The translations under genes and the position numbers were made by a program. From NCBI GenBank assembly GCA_045533195.1, contig JAZSHI010000024.1:448-64447 (forward strand): DNA of 64,000 nt. The letters are read 5' to 3'. Every line of letters begins with the position of its first letter. Positions within the stretch are counted from its first letter, which is position 1. Under the pieces are notes generated by a model. The model did not search any database. It had not been told where the DNA came from and saw only the letters and a program-made list of their open reading frames with translations. This DNA comes from Acutalibacteraceae bacterium. Its GTDB lineage: Bacteria; Bacillota; Clostridia; Oscillospirales; Acutalibacteraceae. Below are positions 18,909 through 29,744 of this stretch, in pieces.

Positions 18909-18965
18909 AAAAATCACCTCTGAATCTATTGTAGCATAAATTCAGAGGCCGATGTAAGTAAAATT

Positions 18966-19553
18966 TTATTTTGTTGTATTAACAAATTCTTTGTTCTGAT
19001 AGAGATAAATGGCTCCCGAAATCACGCAAAGAACGGTACTTGCCCAAAGCACAACGTTAAAGCCTATATCAAGTCCCTTTTCAATAAGTCCGCCGTCGAC
19101 AAAGAACCATTCCTTTAGCTGTGCAAATGCAATGCCTAAAACTATAGCGGCAATTTGGGTTACGGTTTTAAGTTTTCCCCAAATATTTGCGGCAATAACC
19201 TTCTTGGTTTCACTGCTTACAACAATGAGTCTGAGGGAAGAAATAAGGAATTCTCTGAATAGAACGATAAATACTACCCATGTAATCTGCCAACCGATAT
19301 TATGCGCAATAAAGCCTAAAAATGCAGAAGTAGTAAGCATTTTATCGGCAAGTGGATCAAGGAATTTGCCGAAAGAGGTAACAAGGTTTCTTGCTCTTGC
19401 AATTTTGCCGTCAAGCATATCGGTAAATGCGGCAACGCCGAAAACTATGAGAGATAGTAAATAGTGATTGGGAAATTCAATAAGCATAAGAGCCATAAAT
19501 ACGGGGGTTAAAATTATACGAAGTACAGTAAGTTTATTGGGCAGATTCATCAC
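18966..19553 (-). CDS. pgsA: CDP-diacylglycerol--glycerol-3-phosphate 3-phosphatidyltransferase
   Basis: CDP-alcohol phosphatidyltransferase motif DMLDGKIAR...G...DPLADK, with multiple TM helices. Confidence 0.88.
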   Translation of the reverse strand: MMNLPNKLTVLRIILTPVFMALMLIEFPNHYLLSLIVFGVAAFTDMLDGKIARARNLVTSFGKFLDPLADKMLTTSAFLGFIAHNIGWQITWVVFIVLFREFLISSLRLIVVSSETKKVIAANIWGKLKTVTQIAAIVLGIAFAQLKEWFFVDGGLIEKGLDIGFNVVLWASTVLCVISGAIYLYQNKEFVNTTK

Positions 19554-20871
19554 ACATTTCTCCTAACAAATCATATTCTATTGAGTCGTTGACCGTCACG
19601 TCAACGAATTCTCCGAAATTAAGGGGGCGGGTTGCAAAGAAGAATATTTTTCCGTCAACCTCGGGCGCATCAAAGGGAGTTCTTCCGAAATAGCACTTAA
19701 GATAATCGTCATAGCCTTCAACTAAAACGGTTACCCTCTCACCGATTTTTTCTTCATTTTTCTCGGCTGAAATTACCATCTGGTCATCCATAATTAAGGA
19801 AAGTCGGTCTTCCTTAGTCTGCGCATCTATTTGACCGTCAAAGGTGGCGGCAACGGTATCCTCTTCAGGCGAATAGGCAAAGCAACCGAGTCTTTCAAAA
19901 CGGGTATCCTTTATAAACTGATGAAGCTCAGCGAACTGTTCCTCAGTCTCACCGGGGAAGCCCGTAATAAAGGTGGTGCGAAGGGTGATTCCCTCAACCT
20001 TGCTTCTTATTTTTTCAATAAGAGCGGTAATGCTTTTTCTGTCGCCTTTCCTATTCATTCTCTTTAAAATATCACCGTTAATATGCTGAAGGGGAATATC
20101 AAGATACTTAACGATTTTTTCATTTTCGTTTATTACGTTAAGTAGCTTATCGGTTATTCTTTCGGGATAGGTGTATAAAACCCTTATCCACTTTAGTTTT
20201 TCGATTTTACTAAGTTCTTCAAGCAGTTCAGGAAGTTTACTTTCACCGTATAAATCCTCGCCGTAAGCGGTAGTATCCTGCGCTACCACAACTATTTCTC
20301 TTACTCCGCCCTCAACAAGCTTTTCCGCTTCCTTTACACAGCTTTCAATGGTACGGCTTCGCATTTTTCCGCGAATCAGCGGAATTGCACAGTAAGTACA
20401 GCAGTTATTACAGCCGTCTGCTATCTTTAAATAGGCGGTAAAGGGGTAACTGCCTAAAATTCTTTCTCCGTCTAAACTTAAATCGGATTTTTTGCCAAAG
20501 TGATTTTTCTTTTTGCCGTCTAAGGCTTCACTAACGATTTTTGCAATATCCTTATTTGAGCCTATGCCCACAACCACGTCAACCTCGGGAATTTCCTCGG
20601 TTATATCGTCCTTATAGCGTTCGGCAAGACAGCCTGTTACTATTAATGCCTTTAAATTGCCTTCCTTTTTATAGGCAGCGGCTTCAAGGATGTTTTCAAT
20701 AGCCTCTTCCTTAGCACTTTCTATAAATCCGCAGGTGTTTATGATTATTGCATCAGCCTCGGCTTCTTCTACGCCGATTATAAACCCTGCATCAGCAAGG
20801 CTTTTAAGCATTACCTCGGCATCAACCTGATTTTTGGGACAACCAAGGGATACCATTGCTATTTTTTTCAT
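19534..20871 (-). CDS. rimO: ribosomal protein S12 methylthiotransferase
   Basis: MTTase N-domain (SLGCPKNQVD), radical-SAM motif CNNCCTYC and a TRAM-like C-terminus. Confidence 0.88.
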   Translation of the reverse strand: MKKIAMVSLGCPKNQVDAEVMLKSLADAGFIIGVEEAEADAIIINTCGFIESAKEEAIENILEAAAYKKEGNLKALIVTGCLAERYKDDITEEIPEVDVVVGIGSNKDIAKIVSEALDGKKKNHFGKKSDLSLDGERILGSYPFTAYLKIADGCNNCCTYCAIPLIRGKMRSRTIESCVKEAEKLVEGGVREIVVVAQDTTAYGEDLYGESKLPELLEELSKIEKLKWIRVLYTYPERITDKLLNVINENEKIVKYLDIPLQHINGDILKRMNRKGDRKSITALIEKIRSKVEGITLRTTFITGFPGETEEQFAELHQFIKDTRFERLGCFAYSPEEDTVAATFDGQIDAQTKEDRLSLIMDDQMVISAEKNEEKIGERVTVLVEGYDDYLKCYFGRTPFDAPEVDGKIFFFATRPLNFGEFVDVTVNDSIEYDLLGEMCDESAQ

Positions 20872-20875
20872 TTTT

Positions 20876-21490
20876 TTACTCCTCTGAATTAAATACGTCC
20901 AGTTTCATAACGCTGTTTATATCGGAAAACAAAAATCCGCTTCTTATCAGCGAATTGGTTACCTTCCTTACGCCTTCGGTTTCATACAGCTTATTTTTAT
21001 ATTTAGAATTTAATAAATTTCTTATTTTTTCCTGTTCGAAAAGGCTGTCGTAAATACAGATTTCCTTTGCCCTTTCGCTGCTTATACCTGATGTAATCAG
21101 CTTTTCCTTTGTGGCGCGGTTGGAAAGATTGTTTTCATCGCATTTTTCCTTAAGGCGCAAAGCATAGCTTTCGTCGTTTATGTAACCCAGCTCCTTACAG
21201 CGTTTAACCGTTTCCTCAACGCACCACGGGGCAAAGCCCGTTTTTAAAAGCTTTGCCCTCAGGTTTTTTTCACTTATACTGCTATTTGATAAATAGTAAA
21301 ATGCTCTGTTTTTGCATCTTAAAAAATCGGAACGGTCTTCAAGGTCATTAGCCGCGTCTTCGCTTATTTCATCCCCCGCTTTAAGAGAGAGGGTTTCAAA
21401 AAAGCTTTTATCAAGGTTAATGTAGGTGCCGTCATCAAAACGAACCTCTAAAATATGTCCCCGTCGGCGCAGTATTTCGGTTACCTTCAT
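20876..21490 (-). CDS. recX: recombination regulator RecX
   Basis: 204-aa helical-repeat protein immediately downstream of recA, overlapping it by 1 nt. Confidence 0.75.
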   Translation of the reverse strand: MKVTEILRRRGHILEVRFDDGTYINLDKSFFETLSLKAGDEISEDAANDLEDRSDFLRCKNRAFYYLSNSSISEKNLRAKLLKTGFAPWCVEETVKRCKELGYINDESYALRLKEKCDENNLSNRATKEKLITSGISSERAKEICIYDSLFEQEKIRNLLNSKYKNKLYETEGVRKVTNSLIRSGFLFSDINSVMKLDVFNSEE

Positions 21491-22596
21491 TATTCGTCAA
21501 CCGCTATGTCGATATTTACCTTTTTGCGTTTGCGGGGTTCCTCATTGGTCACCTGGGCAGGAGCGCTTACGGGAGTATTGGCAGGTGCCTTTGTCTCCGG
21601 CTTTGCAGTCTTTTCTGCCATAGCTACAGTTATTTTTTCCTCTAACTCCTTCATAAGCTCAGGGTTATCGAGAAGCAACTGCTTTACGTTATCTCTACCC
21701 TGACCTATACGGGTTTCGCCGTAATAGAACCAAGCGCCGCTACGGGAAAGAATACCAAGCTTTAATCCGGTATCAACAATTTCTCCCTCTTTGGAGATGC
21801 CTTTACCGTACATAATATCAAATTCTGCTTCCTTAAAGGGAGGCGCAATTTTATTCTTAACGATTTTTGCTCTTGTGCGGTTACCGACAACTTCACCGCC
21901 AACCTTAATGGACTCAACCCTTCTTACGTCAATTCTTACCGAAGCATAGAACTTTAAGGCTCTGCCGCCTGTGGTGGTTTCGCTGCTTCCGTACATAACG
22001 CCGATTTTATCTCTTAACTGGTTAATGAAAATTGCGGTACAGTTAGATTTGGAAAGAGCGCCCGTAAGCTTTCTGAGGGATTGTGACATAAGTCTTGCGT
22101 GAAGACCTACGTGGCTGTCTCCCATATCGCCTTCGATTTCAGCCTTAGGCACAAGGGCGGCAACAGAGTCGATAATAATTACGTCAACTGCAGCGCTTCT
22201 GACCAGCGCTTCAGCAATTTCCAAAGCCTGTTCACCTGTGTCGGGCTGAGAAACTAAAAGGGAATCAATGTCAACACCCAGCGCCTGAGAATAGGTAGGA
22301 TCAAGGGCGTGTTCAACGTCGATAAATGCGGCAGTACCGCCCATTTTCTGAGCCTCTGCCACTACGTGAAGGGCAAGGGTGGTTTTACCTGAGGATTCGG
22401 GCCCGTAAATTTCAATAATTCTGCCCTTGGGCACACCGCCTATGCCGAGAGCAAGGTCAAGACCAAGGGAACCTGTGGGAATATGGTCAACCTTCATATT
22501 TACATTCTCGCCAAGACGCATAATTGCGCCTTTACCAAACTGCTTTTCAATATTAGCAAGTGCCGTTTCAAGTGCTTTGCTTCTGTCTTCTGCCAT
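21490..22596 (-). CDS. recA: recombinase RecA
   Basis: Walker [10 protein letters not shown] and canonical RecA sequence throughout. Has a basic/acidic C-terminal tail. Confidence 0.97.
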   Translation of the reverse strand: MAEDRSKALETALANIEKQFGKGAIMRLGENVNMKVDHIPTGSLGLDLALGIGGVPKGRIIEIYGPESSGKTTLALHVVAEAQKMGGTAAFIDVEHALDPTYSQALGVDIDSLLVSQPDTGEQALEIAEALVRSAAVDVIIIDSVAALVPKAEIEGDMGDSHVGLHARLMSQSLRKLTGALSKSNCTAIFINQLRDKIGVMYGSSETTTGGRALKFYASVRIDVRRVESIKVGGEVVGNRTRAKIVKNKIAPPFKEAEFDIMYGKGISKEGEIVDTGLKLGILSRSGAWFYYGETRIGQGRDNVKQLLLDNPELMKELEEKITVAMAEKTAKPETKAPANTPVSAPAQVTNEEPRKRKKVNIDIAVDE

Positions 22597-22628
22597 ATCT
22601 ATATATCTCCTTTTGGTTTATTGTGTAA

Positions 22629-23477
22629 TCAGTATACCCTAGCCACAGTACCATAAACGACTCTGTGTATGCCGTTTATATCCTTAGCAGTGCCAATATC
22701 CTTAAGTCCCGCCTGTTCCATAAGAGAAATAACCGCTTCCCTTTGGTCATAACCTACTTCAAGAGCTATCATACCGCCGTCTCTGACAAATTCGGGATAT
22801 CTGCGAAGAATAACTCTATAGAAATCAAGTCCGTCCTCACCGCCGTAAAGGGCGCTGTCAGGCTCCTTTAAAACCTCTTCGCTTAAATTTTCCATATCCC
22901 GAGCATTTATATAGGGAGGGTTGCTAACAATAAGGTCGTACTGTCCGTCGGGAATATAATCAAAAACGTCTGCCTTCTCCAAAAACAGAGTCTCACTGCT
23001 GTTTTTATGAATATTCTTTTCGCAGTAAGAATAAGGAACGTCATATTTTTCAACCAAGGTGACACTGCTTTCCTTAAATCTGTTTGCAATGGTAATTCCT
23101 ACACAGCCGCTTCCTGCGCAAAGGTCAAGCACCCTTGCCTTTTCGTTTTTCTTCATAAACTCAAAGGCGGTATCAACCAAGGTCTCGGTATCGGCTCTCG
23201 GAATAAGACATCCTTCTCCCACAAAGAAATTAAGCCCGTAAAAGCTCCATTCACCTAAAATATACTGTAAGGGATAATGGTCAAGTCTTTGACCTACTAT
23301 CGACCTCCACATAGTCTCCTGCATCATATCAAGGCTGTCGGCATAGTGGGTTATTATTTCATTATTGGAAAGCTTGGTAATATATCTTATAATCTGTCTT
23401 GCTTCAAAGGAGCTGTCTTCTATTCCTGCATCCTTTAGAAGCTTTTTAGACTGTTGATAACACTCAAATATTGTCAT
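22629..23477 (-). CDS. prmC: release-factor glutamine N5-methyltransferase
   Basis: NPPY motif and SAM-binding DLCAGSGC. Confidence 0.85.
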   Translation of the reverse strand: MTIFECYQQSKKLLKDAGIEDSSFEARQIIRYITKLSNNEIITHYADSLDMMQETMWRSIVGQRLDHYPLQYILGEWSFYGLNFFVGEGCLIPRADTETLVDTAFEFMKKNEKARVLDLCAGSGCVGITIANRFKESSVTLVEKYDVPYSYCEKNIHKNSSETLFLEKADVFDYIPDGQYDLIVSNPPYINARDMENLSEEVLKEPDSALYGGEDGLDFYRVILRRYPEFVRDGGMIALEVGYDQREAVISLMEQAGLKDIGTAKDINGIHRVVYGTVARVY

Positions 23478-24495
23478 TTTCTTGCTCTGCTTCCTCTGCT
23501 TCTTCTACTGTTTCTTCCTCTAATTTAGGCAAAAACTTCTCTTTATCCTCATCACTCAGTACCTCACCCAGAGCGGCGATTGCAATTTCCAGCATAGAGT
23601 CATCAGGCTCCTTAGTGGTAATGCGCTGTACCCATACACCAGGGGCTGAAATAATTTTAGTTATAATGTTATCATACTTTCCGCAAAGTTTTAAAACTTC
23701 ATATCCTACACCGCAGATAAGAGGTACCATAGCAATTTTTATAAGCGACCAGACAATTCTGTTTGAATAAACGTCTTTAAAAGCTACTTGAACAAGGGTG
23801 GAAAAAATAACGCTTATGATTATCATAAGAATTAAAAAGGAGGTTCCGCAACGGGGATGAAAACGCTTTTGCTTTCTTGCGTTTTCTACCGTAAGAGGAA
23901 GTCCTGCTTCATAGCAGAAAATGGTTTTATGTTCAGCACCGTGATACTGAAAAACCCTTTTAATATCCTTCATAAAGGACACGCCTATAACGTAGGCTAA
24001 AAATATTATAAGCTTTATGCTCTGCTCGATAATCGAACGAACAATGGGGCTGAACTCCTCTACGTTAAAAAGAAGCTTAAGACCGTCAACTGCAAGTCGG
24101 GGCAGATACATAAAAAGGGCAAAGCAAAGGGCAAGGGCAAGTACCATAGCGATTGCCGAAATAACCGCCCAGGTGCCGTTGCTCATTTTTTTGGTTTCGC
24201 CCGTTTTTTCATCAACCTCATCGGCATAGCCCGATTTATCGGCGGAAATCATCATAGCCTTATAGCCAGAAATCATTGATTCCGCAAAGCCTACCACACC
24301 GCGTATAATGGGGATAGCAAAAAATTTGCACCTGTCCTTAACGGACTTGTCCTTCATATGCGTTATATCAATACTTCCGTCGGGAAGTCTTACGGCAAGG
24401 GCGCTTGGCTTATTTGGAGACTTCATCATAATTCCTTCAATAAGCGCCTGACCGCCAATTGAAGTAAATTTACACTTTTTGCATTTTTTACTCAT
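23464..24495 (-). CDS. DUF1385 (YqhQ-like) membrane protein
   Basis: N-terminal GGQALIEGIMMKSPN plus TM helices. Typical neighbour of prmC in Firmicutes. Confidence 0.7.
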   Translation of the reverse strand: MSKKCKKCKFTSIGGQALIEGIMMKSPNKPSALAVRLPDGSIDITHMKDKSVKDRCKFFAIPIIRGVVGFAESMISGYKAMMISADKSGYADEVDEKTGETKKMSNGTWAVISAIAMVLALALCFALFMYLPRLAVDGLKLLFNVEEFSPIVRSIIEQSIKLIIFLAYVIGVSFMKDIKRVFQYHGAEHKTIFCYEAGLPLTVENARKQKRFHPRCGTSFLILMIIISVIFSTLVQVAFKDVYSNRIVWSLIKIAMVPLICGVGYEVLKLCGKYDNIITKIISAPGVWVQRITTKEPDDSMLEIAIAALGEVLSDEDKEKFLPKLEEETVEEAEEAEQENDNI

Positions 24496-25951
24496 TTGTA
24501 TCGCCTTCGTTTTCAGGGGGAATTATTTTTTCGATTTCCTCTTCGGGAACAATGTAAATGGGAAGCACTACCGTAACGGTGGTTCCCACTCCCTCGGTAC
24601 TTTCAAGGAATAAAAGTCCTTGATGCTGTTTTATAATTTCATCGGCAACAGCAAGACCTATTCCGCTTCCTCTTACCGAATTGTTTGATTTGTAGAATTT
24701 TTCTTTTACTCTGTCAATATCCTGCGCGGGAATGCCCACACCGGTATCCTTGACGGTTATCTTTACACAGCCGTCCTCTAATACCTCCTGAATGAGCACC
24801 TGTCCCTTTTCATTTGTATATTTAACGGCGTTATCGATTATATTTATGAACACCTGCTTTATTCTGTCAGGGTCTCCGTTAACCGTAATTTCGTTTTTTG
24901 AAGGTGTAAAAAGCACCTCAATATTATGCTTGGCGGCAAGTTCTACGTACATATCCACAGCCCAAGAGAGTATCTCTGCTACGTTAAAAGGACGAATGTT
25001 CAAGGTAAATCTTCCGCTTTGCATACGTGAAAAATCAAGAAGCTCCTCCACAAGACCGGACAGTCTGTCGGCTTCGCTTAACACTACGTCAAGACCTCTT
25101 TCAACAAGAGCGGTATCCTCACCCACACTCATTTTTGCCGTCTCCGCCCAACCGCGAATGGCGGTAAGGGGTGTTCGAAGCTCATGGGAAACAGATGATA
25201 TAAAATCATTTTTAAGATTTTCTGCGGCAGTAAGCTCCGACTGCATATAGTTTATGGAATCGCAAAGCTCACCGATTTCATCAGCGTGTGTAGAGCTTAA
25301 TTGTTCCTTATAATCACCTGCCGCGATTTTTCTTGCGGCGGCAGAAACCGCTCTCACGGGACGTATAATGGATTTTACAAAGAAAAGTCCCGTTGTTGCC
25401 GAAAAGACAAGTACAAAAAGCGCAAGACCGATAACCATAATTACGCTTTCTCTTATCTGTCGGTTGCAAAGCTTTAAGGATACGGCATAACGAATGGCGC
25501 CGTTTGAGCCTTTTCCGTAATCTTCCAATATATAAGTACCTGCAAGAATTTTTTCTCCTGCGCTGCTTTTACCCATCCATACCGCGCTTTTAGTCTCACT
25601 TTGCAAGGCGCGTTTATAGTCGGGCATTGGTAAATCTTTTCTTTCAAAGCCGCTGGTACTGACCAGAATTTCACCATTTTTGTCAAGCACCATAATTTCA
25701 ATTTTGTCCTTCGCCTCAAATTCCTCGCAATATTCCTTTGCGGCGCGCGGGAAAAAATCACTGTCCATTGTAGAAAGCTGAGAAAAACTTCTTGCATACT
25801 CTTCTGCAGAATCTTCCACATTGTTAAGATAAGTATTTCTTACTACTACACAGGTCACAGTGGCAAGTATTAAAACTATTGTAAATACAGGCAGATAAAC
25901 ATTTTTTATCCATCTGCTTAAAATACTCTTAAAACGAACTTCAAAATTCAA
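24488..25951 (-). CDS. sensor histidine kinase (two TM, HAMP, HisKA, HATPase_c)
   Basis: H-box SHELRTPL, plus N and G boxes (DNAVKYT, GSGIGLAV). Confidence 0.9.
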   Translation of the reverse strand: MNFEVRFKSILSRWIKNVYLPVFTIVLILATVTCVVVRNTYLNNVEDSAEEYARSFSQLSTMDSDFFPRAAKEYCEEFEAKDKIEIMVLDKNGEILVSTSGFERKDLPMPDYKRALQSETKSAVWMGKSSAGEKILAGTYILEDYGKGSNGAIRYAVSLKLCNRQIRESVIMVIGLALFVLVFSATTGLFFVKSIIRPVRAVSAAARKIAAGDYKEQLSSTHADEIGELCDSINYMQSELTAAENLKNDFISSVSHELRTPLTAIRGWAETAKMSVGEDTALVERGLDVVLSEADRLSGLVEELLDFSRMQSGRFTLNIRPFNVAEILSWAVDMYVELAAKHNIEVLFTPSKNEITVNGDPDRIKQVFINIIDNAVKYTNEKGQVLIQEVLEDGCVKITVKDTGVGIPAQDIDRVKEKFYKSNNSVRGSGIGLAVADEIIKQHQGLLFLESTEGVGTTVTVVLPIYIVPEEEIEKIIPPENEGDTNE

Positions 25952-25972
25952 CTCAATTTATCCTTTTTTACT

Positions 25973-26677
25973 TTAAGAATTTGTGCTCCATTTATAACCC
26001 ATACCCCATACCGTTACAAGACGCGTAGGCTTTGAAGGGTCATCCTCTATCTTCATACGAAGTCTTCTTATATTTACGTCAACTATTTTTTCTTCTCCGA
26101 AATATCTTGCTCCCCAAACACGTGTCAATATATCGTTTCTGTCAAGGGCAGTATCGGGATTCTGGAAGAAATATTCAACTATCTGGAACTCTACCTGAGT
26201 AAGCTCAATGGGATTTCCGTTCTTAGAAAGGGTTCTTCTGCGAAGATTAAGAACAAACTCATCCAGCTTTATTTCATCTCCTGCCGAAACGGCTGTATTG
26301 CGGTTCATTTCCACACGTCTATATAGAGAGTCAACTCGGGCAAGAAGCTCACTTGGGCTGAAGGGCTTTGTAATATAATCGTCTGCGCCCAGCATAAGAC
26401 CACTTACCTTGTCCATTTCCTGAGTACGTGCGGTAAGCATAATAATACCAAGAGATTTACTTCTGCTTCTAAGCTCCTTACACAGCGTGAAGCCGTCCAT
26501 TCCGGGCATCGAAATATCAAGAAGGGCAATATCGAAGCTGTCGGGCGCCAAATCATATATTTCAAGAGCCTCTTCACCGCTTCCCGCCTGAACTGCGGTA
26601 TATCCTGCGCGCTGAAGATTAATGGCTTCAAATTCTCTTATTGCTACTTCGTCCTCTACCAAAAGAAGCTTTCTCAT
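25973..26677 (-). CDS. OmpR/PhoB-family response regulator
   Basis: Receiver domain (DISMPGMDG) and winged-helix C-terminus (VWGMGY). Confidence 0.92.
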   Translation of the reverse strand: MRKLLLVEDEVAIREFEAINLQRAGYTAVQAGSGEEALEIYDLAPDSFDIALLDISMPGMDGFTLCKELRSRSKSLGIIMLTARTQEMDKVSGLMLGADDYITKPFSPSELLARVDSLYRRVEMNRNTAVSAGDEIKLDEFVLNLRRRTLSKNGNPIELTQVEFQIVEYFFQNPDTALDRNDILTRVWGARYFGEEKIVDVNIRRLRMKIEDDPSKPTRLVTVWGMGYKWSTNS

Positions 26678-26680
26678 ATG

Positions 26681-28000
26681 TTATCCTCCTATAAGTGCAA
26701 ACGTTTCTTTTATGGTTTTTTCGTCAATCTCGAACTTATGTGCATCCTCCGATAGCTTTGCAAGCCATACCTGAGTATCGCTGATATCGAGAACAATATA
26801 GCCCTCGTTGTATATTGCGCTATCGTATGAGATTTTTGAAACAACCCTTATTCTGAAAATTTCATTACCGAACTTTTTATTCTTATAATCATAGTCATAA
26901 ACTATTCTTTCTCTCATTTCCAGATTTCGCACCGTTGCTGAATTAAATGCCAAATCCTTAGTAAGAGTCAGGCTGTAGCCGTCAGAATAATTCATAAGGG
27001 TATAAAATTTATCCACAAGCTCTTTCCCGTCAAAAGCCTTCCACACCGTAAGATATGCCGCCGATACCGACTGATTTATATCTACTGGCTGTTCTATCAT
27101 AACGGGAATTTCGGGAACAGAGTCATTATCAAAATCTCTGCAAGGAACTATCTGCGGACGGAAGGTATCCACCGTCTCCTTTGTTTCGGCATTGTAAAAC
27201 GGGGAAATGAGCGCTCCGTTATCAACATATAAAATCTCGGTAACAAGTCCCGCACCCTTTACACAGTCGATATATAAACAGTATCTTTCGTCACTCATTT
27301 TTACAAGTATTGGATCATAGTACGCTGTAACGTTAGGATCTAAAGTACATACACCCAGCTGAGCAACACCTCTTACGGTGATATCAAAATATTTTGCATA
27401 AGCGCTGACAGCCGCCTGATCAAGATAAACCGTCAAAATGTCGGTGGAAAAACCGTTATCCAAATCGCAAAGAACAAAGGTGGTGTAAGGCTCTTCTATA
27501 AGAGTCATTAAGGTCTTTCCTGTATAATCGTAAACCGAAACGGTCTTATCAACCGCACCGTAAACATTCCAGCCTACAACAATTTCTTTTGTGCCGTCGC
27601 CGTCAGTATCAACGAAATGCACCCTTTCGACACCGCCCGCTACGATTTCCTCGGTGGCAAAACAGCTCCAAACGCCGTCAACACTGCCCAACACCGATAC
27701 GTGCATTGTTACGGTATTATCTACGCTGGTGCTGTAAAAGGCAACCGCCTCGTTAACTCTGTCACCGTCCAAATCAACCAATGTTATGGCTGATTTCGTT
27801 TCGCCGGAAGCGGGGAATTTAAAGGAATATTTTCCGCTAATAGACTTTTCCAAAGCCTCTTGCACAGGCTGAAGCTCACCCGTCAGCTTTGGCGCGACAA
27901 GAAGGGATTCTGCATCTCTTGTAAAGGGGGAGCAACCGCAAAGAGACATACTCAGCAGTATAACTGCAAGACATATAATTAAAGCTGATTTCTTCTTCAC
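26681..28000 (-). CDS. lipoprotein, function unknown (FG-GAP/VCBS-like DxDGD motifs)
   Basis: Lipobox MSLCGC. Motifs DLDGDRVNE and DTDGDGTKE. Confidence 0.6.
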   Translation of the reverse strand: MKKKSALIICLAVILLSMSLCGCSPFTRDAESLLVAPKLTGELQPVQEALEKSISGKYSFKFPASGETKSAITLVDLDGDRVNEAVAFYSTSVDNTVTMHVSVLGSVDGVWSCFATEEIVAGGVERVHFVDTDGDGTKEIVVGWNVYGAVDKTVSVYDYTGKTLMTLIEEPYTTFVLCDLDNGFSTDILTVYLDQAAVSAYAKYFDITVRGVAQLGVCTLDPNVTAYYDPILVKMSDERYCLYIDCVKGAGLVTEILYVDNGALISPFYNAETKETVDTFRPQIVPCRDFDNDSVPEIPVMIEQPVDINQSVSAAYLTVWKAFDGKELVDKFYTLMNYSDGYSLTLTKDLAFNSATVRNLEMRERIVYDYDYKNKKFGNEIFRIRVVSKISYDSAIYNEGYIVLDISDTQVWLAKLSEDAHKFEIDEKTIKETFALIGG

Positions 28001-28100
28001 TGGGCTACCTCCTTTTGCACATACTTATACATAAAACATTGTACCACAAAAGTTACAAAATGGGAACAATTATTTTTAATTTTTACAAAAAATTAAAAAT

Positions 28101-28165
28101 AAGGGAGTAGGGGAATAGAAATTTCTTCTTACCCCTTTTCCCTATTCCATATTCCCTAAAATAAA
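28101..28165. repeat. repeat family B (C/G-tract element), copy 1
   Basis: AAGGGAGTAGGGGAATAG ... CCCTATTCCATATTCCCTAAAATAAAA. Related to the copies at 2574, 36235 and 54921. Confidence 0.7.
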
Positions 28166-28197
28166 ACAAATGCCTCACGTAAGCGAGGCATTTGTTT
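28163..28197 (-). terminator. rho-independent terminator of the ABC/GldG/DUF4340 operon
   Basis: 14-bp stem AAAACAAATGCCTC / GAGGCATTTGTTTT. Confidence 0.65.
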
Positions 28198-29744
28198 TAT
28201 TTTATCAGTTTCTCTATTTCTCTAACCAGTTTATCGTAAGCGGTGGAGGAAATCTGTCCCATAGGCGTTCCGCCCACGCTGTATTGATAACGGGAATCGC
28301 TTATTTTAAAGAAGGAAAGTACTGTCGGAGCAGAACCGTCGTGATGCTTTAAGGTAATACTAAGGTCAGCCTTCTTTGATACCTTCTGGGTATTATAATC
28401 AATAGCGGTAGTACCTATAAAGAGGGCATAGAAGGTCTGGAAAGGCTCACTTTCTATAGTTTTTCCGTTGCACTTAATGTCATAGCCTTCTTCATCTTCT
28501 TTTTTGTTAAGTGTGAAGGCGGCATTAATATCTCCCGTCACGTTAAACTCGCTAACGTCTGCGATAGACTCCAGCGCCATAAAGCCTAAATAGAAATCCT
28601 TTTCCTCATTGGAAAGATATTCCATACTGCTTATGGTAACGGTTCTTATCATTCTGTCGGTAGAAGCAAGAATGTAATACTGAGTCATACTTTCATCGGT
28701 TGCTTTAAGTTTATAGGAATAGTTCTTTCCTGCAACCTTTAAAGTGATTACAATATCAGGCTTATCAAGACCGAATTTCTTGATACTCTCTTTCGACTGG
28801 TCGAAGGACACAGCGCTTGAAGCAGAAACACCGTTTGCAAAGGAATTTCTTATATCCTCAACAACACCGTCTGCAATTCTGAGCTTCGGCGAAGTGCAGA
28901 TATAGGTGGCGTAGGAGCTAAATCTGTTATCCCTATTGGGAATAAACACAAGGGGCTTTTCAAATCTGCTGCCCGAAATTGTAAGGGTATCAAAGTCGCT
29001 AAGCACACCCTCACTGTCAAAATAACCTGCATTGTCGCTGTTTTTTTCAATTGCGGGAATTGCGGTGCTTATAGCAAGGTCTAAAGGCTCTACAATAAAG
29101 CCCGTAAGGGTGCTTCTGCTGACAAGATAAATTTTATTGGGATAGTAAGAAATATGCAAATATGCATACTGTCCGTCTGCAGTAGAATTACCCTGAGTCA
29201 GCACAAAGTTCTGTTTTTGGTCATTTGCCTCAACCTTTACGGTAACAACCGGCTTATCAAGACCGAACTGCGCTTTTTGGGTGTTTTGGTCATAATCATA
29301 TTCGCCGAATACCGTAACAGCAGATGCATATGACGCTATCTGATTAAGAGAGGTTTTATCAATAAGGGTTTCATCATAGCCCTCAAGGGTCCAAACCTGC
29401 TTTTGCTGTCCGCTTTCTTCTTTCATACTGCTGTTTAAAACCAAGGTGGCTGCATCGTGAATAACGGTAAGCTTTTTAAAGGAAGACGCACTTAACGTCA
29501 CCATCTGTTTAGGTTCAAAGGTACTGCCCTCGCCTGACGACTTTTCTGCAATATATTTTGCTACCCACCATACGCTGCCGCCAATTATGGCAACAACGAG
29601 GAAGATTGCCAGAAGTCTTAAGCCGAGACGGTGTTTACCCGCTTTTTTCTTATCTTTATGCTCACTTGGTGCGGCAAAAACCGTGGAGGAAGAAAAATCG
29701 TCCTCCTGTTCCTCGGGAATGAAATCCTTTTGGTTTTCAGACAT
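28197..29744 (-). CDS. DUF4340-like membrane-anchored protein
   Basis: 515 aa with one N-terminal TM helix. Sits downstream of a GldG-like gene, the typical DUF4340 position. Confidence 0.6.
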   Translation of the reverse strand: MSENQKDFIPEEQEDDFSSSTVFAAPSEHKDKKKAGKHRLGLRLLAIFLVVAIIGGSVWWVAKYIAEKSSGEGSTFEPKQMVTLSASSFKKLTVIHDAATLVLNSSMKEESGQQKQVWTLEGYDETLIDKTSLNQIASYASAVTVFGEYDYDQNTQKAQFGLDKPVVTVKVEANDQKQNFVLTQGNSTADGQYAYLHISYYPNKIYLVSRSTLTGFIVEPLDLAISTAIPAIEKNSDNAGYFDSEGVLSDFDTLTISGSRFEKPLVFIPNRDNRFSSYATYICTSPKLRIADGVVEDIRNSFANGVSASSAVSFDQSKESIKKFGLDKPDIVITLKVAGKNYSYKLKATDESMTQYYILASTDRMIRTVTISSMEYLSNEEKDFYLGFMALESIADVSEFNVTGDINAAFTLNKKEDEEGYDIKCNGKTIESEPFQTFYALFIGTTAIDYNTQKVSKKADLSITLKHHDGSAPTVLSFFKISDSRYQYSVGGTPMGQISSTAYDKLVREIEKLIK